Below are positions 9,953-17,809 of a stretch of 64,000 bases of DNA, in pieces (positions within the stretch are counted from its first letter, which is position 1; the number at the start of each line of letters is the position of its first letter). The stretch comes from Candidatus Saccharicenans sp. (lineage in GTDB: Bacteria; Acidobacteriota; Aminicenantia; Aminicenantales; Saccharicenantaceae): positions 782,276 through 846,275 of the forward strand of contig JASEIU010000001.1 of NCBI GenBank assembly GCA_030017715.1. The letters run 5' to 3'. The notes under the pieces were generated by a model. The model had not been told where the DNA came from and did not search any database. It worked only from the letters and a program-made list of their open reading frames with translations. Both the position numbers and the translations under genes were made by a program.

Positions 9953-11096
9953 TCAGTCTTTTCTCTCCGCAGCCAGGGCTTCTTTTTTTCTCATCAACAA
10001 CGCAGCTTTGATGAACTCATCCAGGTCGCCGTCAAGAATTCGGTCGGTATCGCCGGTTTCCAGTCTGGTCCTCAGGTCTTTGATCATCTTATAAGGGTGG
10101 AGAACATAGGAACGGATCTGATTGCCCCAGGCGATGTCAGACTTCATGTCCTCCAGTTTATCGATCTTTTCCAGCTTTTTCTTTCTCTCAATTTCATACA
10201 GCCGGGCTTTAAGCAGCTTCATGGCCCGGGCTTTATTCTGATGCTGGGAACGCTCATTCTGGCACTGGACGACTATTCCGGTCGGCAGGTGAGTGATTCT
10301 GACGGCCGAATCGGTCCGGTTGACGTGCTGGCCGCCTTTGCCCGAGGCCCGGTAGGTGTCTATTTTCAGGTCATCGGGATTGATTTCGATTTCGATGTCT
10401 TCGTCTATTTCCGGGTAGACGAAGACGGCGGCAAAGGAGGTGTGTCGGCGTTTGTTGGCATCGAAGGGGGAGATCCTGACCAGCCGATGCACTCCGGATT
10501 CCTGGCTGAGCAGCCCGAAAGCGTAATCACCCTCGACCCTGATGGTGGCGCTCTTCAGGCCCGCTTCTTCGCCCGGCTGGAAATCGATGACTTCGGTCTT
10601 GAAACCCTTTCTTTCGGCAAACCTCAGGTACATGCGAAACAGCATCTGGGCCCAGTCCTGGGATTCGGTGCCGCCGGCTCCGGGATGGATGGTCAGGATG
10701 GCATTGCGGGGATCATCTTCGTCAAAGAAGAGCGTCCGGAGTTCTGCTTCCTGAAGCTCGGCCTCGAAGGATTTGAGCGACCGGTTGAGCTCGTCCGCAA
10801 CCTTTTCGCCTTCTTCGGCCAGTTCCAGCAGGACCTCGATCTCTTCCCGGTCAGTTTTCAATTTTTTGTAGAACTGCAGGTCTTTTTCCAGCTGTTTTTT
10901 TCTGATCTGCAGAGCCTGGAACTTTTTCTGGTCGTTCCAGGTCTCGGGGCTGGCTAACTGACTGTTGATGTTATCTAATTCCCGACTCTTGTTATCCAGG
11001 TCAAAGAAAACCTCGAACTTCTTCCAGCTGGCGGAAAAGGTCGGATGCCTTTTCCCGGCTCTCGGCCAGGTGTTCTAACCATTCGGTTTCGTTCAC
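9953..11096 (-). CDS. prfB: Peptide chain release factor 2, translated via programmed +1 ribosomal frameshift
   Basis: Main ORF 9953-10861 encodes the RF2 body (..GAGGTESQDWA.., SGKGGQHVNRTDSAVRITHLPTGIV, GGQ motif). A short upstream ORF ends ..LEEVRGFL-stop at 11001 with minus-strand sequence CTT TGA C, identical to the E. coli prfB frameshift site. Skipping T of TGA joins GAC.. in frame with the main ORF. SD-like GAGGU lies 3 nt upstream of CUU. Likely start is GTG 11096-11094 preceded by AGGAGA. Confidence 0.85.
11000..11006 (-). other. prfB: Programmed +1 frameshift site CUU UGA C of prfB
   Basis: Minus-strand CTTTGAC with in-frame UGA in the 0 frame. The +1 frame continues into the RF2 body. 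Confidence 0.8.
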
Positions 11097-11199
11097 TTCA
11101 GTCTCTCCTGATAGAGGCAAGATAGAGGAGAAAAGCCCTTCTGTCAAGGCCACCGGGCCCAAAAAATTCCGAGCGGGCGTCATCTGGCCAGGTTATCAG

Positions 11200-11865
11200 C
11201 TACTGCTGTACTATGAAGAAGCCAGGATTGCGGACCGATTTACCGACCAATTCCGACAGGGCTTTCTGGGCTTCCTCCCTGGTTTTGTAACCTCCCAGCC
11301 AGACCCGGTAAATCGGCTTCCGGTCCCTGGCAGAGGGTTCCTTGACTATCGCATTATAACCCTGCTTCCTGTACTTTTCGGCTTCAAGCCTGGCGCTCGA
11401 GCGGTCGTTGAAAGCCCCGACCTGGACGAAATAATTCCCCCCTGTGGCCGGCACTGCGGTTTGGGTAGCGGTTGTCGTCCTGGGCGGGGGGGCTGTCGAT
11501 TGCTCGGCCGTCCCGGTCGGAGCCGGGACCGATTGCTGGCCGGTTCTGGAGGGAGTCTTGCTGGCCGGCTGTTCGGTCGGCTTGGTTTCGGACTGACTCT
11601 GGACGGAAGCGGCGGTCTGGGAAGTCTGAACAGCCGCACTGCCGGAACTTTCTTCGATTGCCGGAACCGGCAGCGGGGCACTTACTGTCTCTTCCGCCTT
11701 CTGGGCAGTCATTGTCTTGACCATCAGGTCAGCCTGCTTTTTTCCGACCTGAACACCAATGAAAAAGATGACTGCTCCCAGCAGGATTATGCCCAGGATG
11801 ATGACTACCAGAATGGTCGACGACACCTGAATTTCTCTGTAATTCTTCATCATGGAAGTGGTCAT
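11200..11865 (-). CDS. SPOR domain-containing cell-division protein (N-terminal TM anchor, PT/Q-rich linker)
   Basis: 221 aa. TM helix [21 protein letters not shown] and a low-complexity S/T/P/Q linker. C-terminal [47 protein letters not shown] is a SPOR domain. Confidence 0.8.
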   Translation of the reverse strand: MTTSMMKNYREIQVSSTILVVIILGIILLGAVIFFIGVQVGKKQADLMVKTMTAQKAEETVSAPLPVPAIEESSGSAAVQTSQTAASVQSQSETKPTEQPASKTPSRTGQQSVPAPTGTAEQSTAPPPRTTTATQTAVPATGGNYFVQVGAFNDRSSARLEAEKYRKQGYNAIVKEPSARDRKPIYRVWLGGYKTREEAQKALSELVGKSVRNPGFFIVQQ

Positions 11866-12620
11866 TTCTCCTTGGATTTATCAACGGAAAAAGCCCTGAG
11901 GATTTCCAGCGGCAGCGGGAAGATGATGGTCGAATTTTTCTCGGTGGCTATTTCAGTCAGGGTACCCAGAAAACGCAGCATGATGGTCTGGGGATTCTGG
12001 GAGATGATTTCGGCGGCCTGGGCCAGCTTGGTTGAGGACTGGAATTCACCGTCGGCGTGAATAACCTTGGCCCTTCTTTCTCTTTCGGCTTCAGCCTGCC
12101 GGGCGATGGCCCTGACCATCGTTTCCGGAAGGTCGATGTGTTTGATCTCCACCAGCTGAACCTTGACTCCCCAGGGGTCGGTGTGTTGGTCGATGATTTC
12201 CTGAAGCTGGGTGTTAAGTTTTTCCCTTTCCGATAACAGCTCGTCCAGCTCAACCTGACCCAGGACGCTGCGCAGGGTGGTCTGCGAGAGCTGGGAGGTG
12301 GCGTAGAGATAATCCTGGACTTCCAGCACGGCTTTCAGCGGATTCATGACCCGGAAATAGAGAACGGCGTTAACCTTGACCGAGACATTATCCTTGGTGA
12401 TTACGTCCTGGGGCGGGATGTCCATGACGATTAACCTCAGGCTGATTCGAACCATACGGTCAATGGGCGCAAAAACAAAAATCAATCCGGGTCCTTTGGG
12501 CCTGGACAGCACCCGGCCCAGCCGGAAAATCACCCCTCTTTCATATTCTTTCAGTATCTTGATGCAATTGAGAAGATACAGAACGACTATGGCGGCTACG
12601 ATGATTGGGAAAGTAATCAT
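11862..12620 (-). CDS. SPFH/Band-7 (stomatin-like, slipin family) protein
   Basis: 252 aa. N-terminal TM, then [60 protein letters not shown] typical of stomatin-family proteins. Confidence 0.85.
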   Translation of the reverse strand: MITFPIIVAAIVVLYLLNCIKILKEYERGVIFRLGRVLSRPKGPGLIFVFAPIDRMVRISLRLIVMDIPPQDVITKDNVSVKVNAVLYFRVMNPLKAVLEVQDYLYATSQLSQTTLRSVLGQVELDELLSEREKLNTQLQEIIDQHTDPWGVKVQLVEIKHIDLPETMVRAIARQAEAERERRAKVIHADGEFQSSTKLAQAAEIISQNPQTIMLRFLGTLTEIATEKNSTIIFPLPLEILRAFSVDKSKEK

Positions 12621-12656
12621 TTTAGACCTCCTTTTATGGACAGGTTGTCCTGCCCC

Positions 12657-13946
12657 CTATATCTTTTTAACCTTTAATGTCAAGCCATTCTTGACTTCTA
12701 ACACTTCAATCCGGTCTCCTCGCAGTAGCGAATCCTCGGCCACCGCGCGCCAGATCTCGCCGTGAACAAAGACCTTGCCTTCCTGGTCCGACCAGGTCAG
12801 CACTTTTCCGGTTTCTCCAACCATGCCCTCTTTCCCGGTGATGGTTCTCCTGGCGTGGGTCCGGATAACCAGGTAGACCAGAAAAATGAAGATCATCGAA
12901 ACACCCAGGGCTACTGGTATGATATATTTAAGGCTGGGACGAAGCTCGGGAACCGGAGACCTGATCAACATTATTGAACCGAGAAGCACCGAGACAATAC
13001 CGCCCATGGTTAGCGCTCCATAGCTGTGGACTTTAACCTCGAGTATAAACAGGACCGTGCCCAAAATTATCAGCAGCAGGCCCACGTAGTTTACCGGAAG
13101 AATCTGAAAGGAAAAGAAAGCCAGCAGCAGGCTAATTCCGCCCAGAACTCCCGGCAGTATGGCTCCCGGGTTGGCGAACTCGAAATAGAGTCCGAGAAGT
13201 CCGATCATCAGCAGAATGTAGGCCAGGTTAGGGTTGGCGATGGTCATTAAAAGTTTTTGCCGGAAAGTCAGGGGAATTTCGTGTGTTTCTCGGTCTGTTA
13301 ACTGGAGCTTTTCCTGCCGGCCGTCAAATCTGGTTATCTGTCGGCCGTCGAGCGCCTGAAGCAGCTCTGTCTCTGAAGCGGCCACCAGGTCTATGACTTT
13401 TCCTTTCAGGGCTTCCTGTTCAGTATAGCTCAGACTTTGCCTGACCGCGTCTTCAGCCATCCTGACGTTGCGGCCTCTTTTTTCAGACAGGGTTCTGATG
13501 TAAGAGGCGGCATCATGAGTCACCTTTTCTTCCATGGTCCTATCGGGCTGGTTCTGCCCGGTGAGCCCGATGCTGACGGGATGGGCCGCGCCGGTGCTGG
13601 TGCCCGGAGCCATGGCAAAGACATCGCAGGCCACGGCTATGAAAAATCCGGCCGATGCCGCCCGTGCTCCCGGGGGACTGACATAGGCCACCACCGGAAC
13701 CGGCGAGTTAACTATTCCCTCGATTATTTCCCGCATGGAAGAATCCAGCCCGCCGGGAGTGTTAAGCTTGATTATCAGCAGAGAAGCCTGTTCCTCCCTC
13801 GCCTTTTCCAGAGCTTTGAGGATGATTTCGGCGGTCACGGGATGGATCGGTCCACTGACGGTTACGCTCAGGATGCGGGCCTGCAATCCAGGAGCGGCGG
13901 CCAGAAACAGGAACAGACACAGAAATAAAGCTGGAATCTTTTTCAC
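12657..13946 (-). CDS. NfeD-family membrane-bound serine protease (ClpP-class), stomatin operon partner
   Basis: 429 aa. Signal peptide, ClpP-like domain (..IKLNTPGGLDSSMREIIEGI..SAGFFIAVACD..), central multi-TM region, and C-terminal OB-fold (..VFVHGEIWRAVAEDSLLRGDRIEVLEV..). Overlaps the downstream stomatin gene. Confidence 0.8.
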   Translation of the reverse strand: MKKIPALFLCLFLFLAAAPGLQARILSVTVSGPIHPVTAEIILKALEKAREEQASLLIIKLNTPGGLDSSMREIIEGIVNSPVPVVAYVSPPGARAASAGFFIAVACDVFAMAPGTSTGAAHPVSIGLTGQNQPDRTMEEKVTHDAASYIRTLSEKRGRNVRMAEDAVRQSLSYTEQEALKGKVIDLVAASETELLQALDGRQITRFDGRQEKLQLTDRETHEIPLTFRQKLLMTIANPNLAYILLMIGLLGLYFEFANPGAILPGVLGGISLLLAFFSFQILPVNYVGLLLIILGTVLFILEVKVHSYGALTMGGIVSVLLGSIMLIRSPVPELRPSLKYIIPVALGVSMIFIFLVYLVIRTHARRTITGKEGMVGETGKVLTWSDQEGKVFVHGEIWRAVAEDSLLRGDRIEVLEVKNGLTLKVKKI

Positions 13947-14016
13947 GGTAATTCAATTATAAAAAGGACCGGCCTGTAAGTCAATTTATTAATTTAAGCC
14001 ATTGCCCGACGCCGGC

Positions 14017-14045
14017 TTGACATTTTCAATTTAATAAACTAATTT
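14017..14045 (+). promoter_or_regulatory. Sigma-70-like promoter candidate upstream of the HU/IHF gene (TTGACA-17-TAATTT)
   Basis: TTGACA at 14017-14022, 17-nt AT-rich spacer, TAATTT at 14040-14045, about 45 nt upstream of the start codon. Confidence 0.3.
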
Positions 14046-14089
14046 TAGTCTATTCATTTTCCATTCGCTGGTTACTAAGGAGACCGTTG

Positions 14090-14377
14090 ATGATCAAGAA
14101 TGACCTGGCCAACCTGCTGGAAAGAAAAGCTAATTTCAGCCGGTCCAAAGCTGTTCTGACCGTGGAAACCATTCTGGAAACCATGAAAAAAGCCCTGCTG
14201 GCCGGGGAAAAAATAGAAATCCGGGGGTTCGGAAGCTTCCGTGTCATGCCCAAAAAAACCGGCTTCGGCCGCGACATCAGGCGGAATCGCCAGATTCCGA
14301 TATCAGGCGGCCGGCGGGTAAAATTTCGTCCGGGCCAGGATTTCAAAAAACAGCTAAAGCAGCAGTCGATCGAATAA
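14090..14377 (+). CDS. HU/IHF family DNA-binding protein (integration host factor subunit-like)
   Basis: About 95 aa. MIKNDLANLLERKANFSRSKAVLTVETILETMKKALLAGEKIEIRGFGSFRVMPKKTGFGRDIRRNRQIPISGGRRVKFRPGQDFKK is the bacterial DNA-binding protein (HU/IHF) fold signature. ATG at 14090, preceded by an in-frame TTG at 14087. Confidence 0.85.
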   Translation: MIKNDLANLLERKANFSRSKAVLTVETILETMKKALLAGEKIEIRGFGSFRVMPKKTGFGRDIRRNRQIPISGGRRVKFRPGQDFKKQLKQQSIE

Positions 14378-14404
14378 TCCGGCCGGCTCGGCTGCTCATT
14401 TTGA
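14358..14404 (+). terminator. Possible intrinsic terminator/hairpin after the HU/IHF gene
   Basis: AGCAGC(14358-14363)..CCGGCCGG palindrome..GCUGCU(14391-14396) followed by CAUUUUGACUUU. Weak, with a large loop. Confidence 0.2.
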
Positions 14405-14502
14405 CTTTGATCCCGTTTTATTTTCCGGATTTTGATGGTTGGCTCTTTCCCGACTGAATCAGCCGGGATTCGCTTCTATCCGGTCGGTAAGAAGAAAACT
14501 GT

Positions 14503-15129
14503 TCAGAGCAGTCCTGATTTTTTCAGGAGGGCGTCCTGATAGAGGCAGAGGTATACCCGCTCGGTCTGCTCCACGGTTGCTTCCAGACTGCCCGATGTGT
14601 CTATCAGATAATGGGCGAAAGGAATTTTCTGTTCGACCGGGCTCTGGGCGCTTATTCTTTGCAGTGCCTGTTCGCGGCTCAGGCCGTCTCGCTGACGGAG
14701 GCGTTCGACCTGAACTTCAGGCCGGCAATGGGTCAGGATGAGGCGGTCATAAAACTGATGGAAGCCGGCTTCGATCACCAGGGCAGCTTCGGTGATATAG
14801 ATATCGTATTCACCCTCATTTTCCAGTTGAGCTACCGTCTGACTTATTTTTTCCATAATCGACGGATGAGTCAGGCGGTTCAGAAAATCACGCTCGGCCC
14901 GGTCCTGGAATATTATTCCGCCGAGCTTCTGACGGTCTATTTCCTGATTTTCTTTGAGGATGGTCGGACCGAAGCGCCTAATCAGTTTTTGCCAGATTTC
15001 TCCGCCGGGCGACATCAGTTCGTGGGCTATGAGGTCGGCGTTCTGAACATAGCAGCCCTTCTGGCTGAGGATTCTGGCCACCACCGACTTGCCGGTGGCG
15101 ATGCCTCCGGTCAGAGCTGCGACCAGCAC
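14503..15129 (-). CDS. coaE: Dephospho-CoA kinase
   Basis: 208 aa. N-terminal LVAALTGGIATGKSVVARIL (P-loop) and overall CoaE pattern. Confidence 0.85.
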   Translation of the reverse strand: MLVAALTGGIATGKSVVARILSQKGCYVQNADLIAHELMSPGGEIWQKLIRRFGPTILKENQEIDRQKLGGIIFQDRAERDFLNRLTHPSIMEKISQTVAQLENEGEYDIYITEAALVIEAGFHQFYDRLILTHCRPEVQVERLRQRDGLSREQALQRISAQSPVEQKIPFAHYLIDTSGSLEATVEQTERVYLCLYQDALLKKSGLL

Positions 15130-15149
15130 TTCAATCCTTCAGCCGGGGG

Positions 15150-15548
15150 TCAATCTTCCACCTGGAAGCGGTAATCTTTGAACCTGACGGCTACCCCCTG
15201 TTTCCTTCCTTTCTGTCCCTTCTTTTCCAGTCTGACGGTTACCCCGTCCAGGCAGAGTTTAATTTTCTGGCCTTCGGTCAATTCTGGCGGTAGTTCTATG
15301 GCCAGGTTGACCTTGGAGCCGACTACCAGGCTGCTGTCAAGGGTAAAATAAGCTCCGGTGGAGGAGATGTTTTCCAGCACCGTTTTTTCTCTGAATTCCT
15401 TTCCCTGCGGCAACCGTCCCTCTATCTCAGCCGGCAGAGGAAGTTCAAACCTCCATTCCCGGCGACGGTTGACGTCGACCGCGGTTTTAAGCTGCTTTTT
15501 GCCGGTTCCCTTTTTGCTTCTGACTTTTGCTTTTGTTTTTTCCGCCAT
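15150..15548 (-). CDS. PilZ domain-containing protein (paralog 1, best-conserved c-di-GMP binding motifs)
   Basis: 132 aa. RRREWR (RxxxR) followed ~25 aa later by ENISSTGAYF (D/NxSxxG) gives the PilZ c-di-GMP binding signature. Lys-rich N-terminus. Confidence 0.7.
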   Translation of the reverse strand: MAEKTKAKVRSKKGTGKKQLKTAVDVNRRREWRFELPLPAEIEGRLPQGKEFREKTVLENISSTGAYFTLDSSLVVGSKVNLAIELPPELTEGQKIKLCLDGVTVRLEKKGQKGRKQGVAVRFKDYRFQVED

Positions 15549-15569
15549 GATTTTCCCTCTTTGCTCTTC

Positions 15570-16280
15570 TTAAAATAAAGCCGAATTGATGGCATAGAGC
15601 GCCAGCTGCAGACGGCTGTGGGTATCCAGCTTGGAATAGATGCTTTTGATGTGCGAACGGACGGTATTCTTGCTGATGAATAGAATCTTGGCTATTTCTT
15701 CGTTGCTCTTGCCCTGACCGATAAGCCGCAGGACCTGAAATTCAGTCGGAGTCAGCTGGTCGAGCGTCTTCTCTTTCATATCCCTTCCGACCACCGAGAT
15801 GATCCGGTCCATGATGGAGGACATCTTGTCCCGCGGCAGCCAGATTTCGCCTTTGTTGACCACGCCGATGGCTTCGGTCAGCTGCTGCGAAGGGTCATTG
15901 AGATCGAAATATCCCCTGGCCCCGGCATTGATCAGGTTGATGATTTCTTCGTGGGAAGGAATGTTCCCCAGAAGCAGCAGCTGGGTTTTAAGCTGGGGCT
16001 TGATTAGATCCTTAATGGCCTTGCAGATTTCTTTCAGGTGGGGGAGCGGCTCCAGGTTTGCAAACAGAATTACCTGGGGTTGGAGCTGCTTGATGGCCTC
16101 CATGAAGTTCTCAACGGTACCCTTTTCCACCGTCAGGACATCAATTCTCCTGTCCGTCTCCAGTGCTTTCATGATTCCGGCCAGCAGAAAATCAGAAGGA
16201 CAGTAGATGAGCACGGAGATTTTCTCGATCTTTTGAGTGGGAATCCTGGGTTCGGTCTTGTTTACTTGCTTCTTTGGCAT
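15570..16280 (-). CDS. LuxR/NarL-family transcriptional regulator with atypical (Asp-less) receiver domain
   Basis: 236 aa. C-terminal LTPTEFQVLRLIGQGKSNEEIAKILFISKNTVRSHIKSIYSKL is the LuxR-type HTH. The N-terminal receiver-like fold has PSD in place of the DD acidic pocket and ..VILFANLEP.. where the phospho-Asp normally sits (Asn instead). Confidence 0.75.
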   Translation of the reverse strand: MPKKQVNKTEPRIPTQKIEKISVLIYCPSDFLLAGIMKALETDRRIDVLTVEKGTVENFMEAIKQLQPQVILFANLEPLPHLKEICKAIKDLIKPQLKTQLLLLGNIPSHEEIINLINAGARGYFDLNDPSQQLTEAIGVVNKGEIWLPRDKMSSIMDRIISVVGRDMKEKTLDQLTPTEFQVLRLIGQGKSNEEIAKILFISKNTVRSHIKSIYSKLDTHSRLQLALYAINSALF

Positions 16281-16661
16281 GCCCTTTTACCCCTTGCCAA
16301 AATTTTTCATTCTTTAAGAATAAATATTATAACCGAAAAAGGGTGTCAAGCAAATAATGGTCTGGGCCACACGGGCTCGGGCTTTCTTTGAGGCCAGATA
16401 ATATGAAGAGCCTCCGGTCACGGTGCGCTTTCTCACCTCCTGTTTTTCCGTCTAACCCGGAAGCACACCTTCGGCTTCACACTGCCGGAAGCCCACCGGG
16501 TCACTCTCCCGCCGTCATGGCCGCCGATCGCGGAAACAGCGCTGTCTTAAGGAAACCGCAGCCCAAGGCCCAGGCGGGGAAATAACCGACCGGGAAAGTG
16601 ATTACTTCGAGGGGGGGGCAGATCGAAGATAATGGAAACAGGCGAGGGGAGTTGGGCTTGA

Positions 16662-17057
16662 TTACTGGGTTAACGAACGGGACGGCTGCAACTGGAATTT
16701 CTTTCTGAGCTCCAGGGTGACCAGTTGCCGGGATGTATTTTGACCGTTGAATTCAACCCTGACCACCTGGCCGGAAATTTCCAGATGAAGAGGATGAATC
16801 AGCATGGCTGTGGCCGGTATTTCCAGGCTGAGCTTGAGCACCGTGCCGATTTTTACCTGGTTCTTCAACCCAAACCTGGCAATTTCCGAACTGATCGACA
16901 GCAGCTCGGTGGTTTCCTTAAATTTCCGACCGCCTGCGTTTTCGCCCAGAACCAAAGCCGGAAGGGAGAGTTCCAGCTGGCGCTCTCCCCTCCGTTCTCC
17001 GGTTACGCCTTGAATGGAGGATTTATTAAGATTTTGGTCAAAACCGCCGTTTTTCAT
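16662..17057 (-). CDS. PilZ-like protein (paralog 2, degenerate motifs)
   Basis: 131 aa. RRGER (RxxxR) present; the second motif is degenerate (LSISSEIARF, no Gly). Clear paralogy with 15150-15548 and 17235-17609 (shared ..ELSLPA.., ..ISS.., ..LKLSLEIP..). Confidence 0.55.
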   Translation of the reverse strand: MKNGGFDQNLNKSSIQGVTGERRGERQLELSLPALVLGENAGGRKFKETTELLSISSEIARFGLKNQVKIGTVLKLSLEIPATAMLIHPLHLEISGQVVRVEFNGQNTSRQLVTLELRKKFQLQPSRSLTQ

Positions 17058-17234
17058 TTCGTCCCTATTTTTACCGGTCTCCCCGGCACCGGCAATCCCT
17101 CAGGAGGATGAAACCACGGGTGATTTTTCCGGTTGCTGTTCTCACCTCTTTTTCACCTCGCTCCGTCGGTGGCCAATCATTATCATAAGACGTCGGCCTG
17201 GCCGGGTTTTTCTCATCTGGCCGGCTGATAAATC

Positions 17235-17609
17235 TCAGTCCTCCCCGGCTCCGATAAAGTAACGAGAGTCGAGTTCCAGGATCACCCGCCTGAGTTCGGG
17301 CTGGCCGGGAACCTGTTCGCTACCCTTGACCCGGCCCTTGATGACCAGGACCAGAGGCTGCCCATCGGCCAGCTTGGGGGGTAGCGATATGACCAGCTTG
17401 AGGACCGTTTTTCTTTCCACCCTGGTTTTCAGCAAGAAGCTGGCCTGTTCGCTGCTGATGGTGGACAGGACGGAATTTTCCTGGAACTCCTGGCCCCGGG
17501 CGTCCAGTCCGGAGACGGTCATCGGCAGGGTCAGGCTGAATTCCCGGACCGTGGCCTGATCCCCGCCCGGTTGCTCTAAACCTTGAACTCTATGATGTCT
17601 GACATTCAT
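17235..17609 (-). CDS. PilZ-like protein (paralog 3, degenerate motifs)
   Basis: 124 aa. FSLTLPMTV..QENSVLSTISSEQASF..VLKLVISLPPKLADGQ aligns with the two other PilZ-like ORFs. RxxxR is lost. Confidence 0.5.
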   Translation of the reverse strand: MNVRHHRVQGLEQPGGDQATVREFSLTLPMTVSGLDARGQEFQENSVLSTISSEQASFLLKTRVERKTVLKLVISLPPKLADGQPLVLVIKGRVKGSEQVPGQPELRRVILELDSRYFIGAGED

Positions 17610-17753
17610 GACCGCGCTTCCTTTTCCTTAAAAACCTCGCCCCCACTTTATCAGGCCGACCCGCCTTTTCAATCATCCCTGGGGATGAAAAAACGGGTTA
17701 AATTCATCTCACCCCCGCGTTTTTTTCGCCCGGGATGGTCTCACCCCCGTTCC

Positions 17754-17782
17754 TTGACAAAAAATGGCTGGCTGGCTATCAT
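17754..17782 (+). promoter_or_regulatory. Near-consensus sigma-70 promoter candidate for proS (TTGACA-17-TATCAT)
   Basis: TTGACA at 17754-17759, 17-nt spacer, TATCAT at 17777-17782. GGAGG RBS 9 nt before the GTG start at 17810. Confidence 0.4.
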
Positions 17783-17809
17783 TAGCCAAAGCGCTGGAGG
17801 TTATTTTCA

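Noticed and set aside
10097-10957. 286-aa plus-strand ORF
   Set aside because: Antisense to the prfB body, whose identity is unambiguous.
16340-16640. Possible RNase P RNA or SRP RNA in the PilZ/LuxR intergenic region
   Set aside because: A GAAAGCCCGAGCCCG stretch on the minus strand only loosely resembles the P4 GGAAAGUCCGGGCUCC motif and is in the wrong position/orientation. No ACAGAAUCCGGCUUA 3' motif. The SRP domain IV GGAA-tetraloop/AGCAGCC signature is also not matched.
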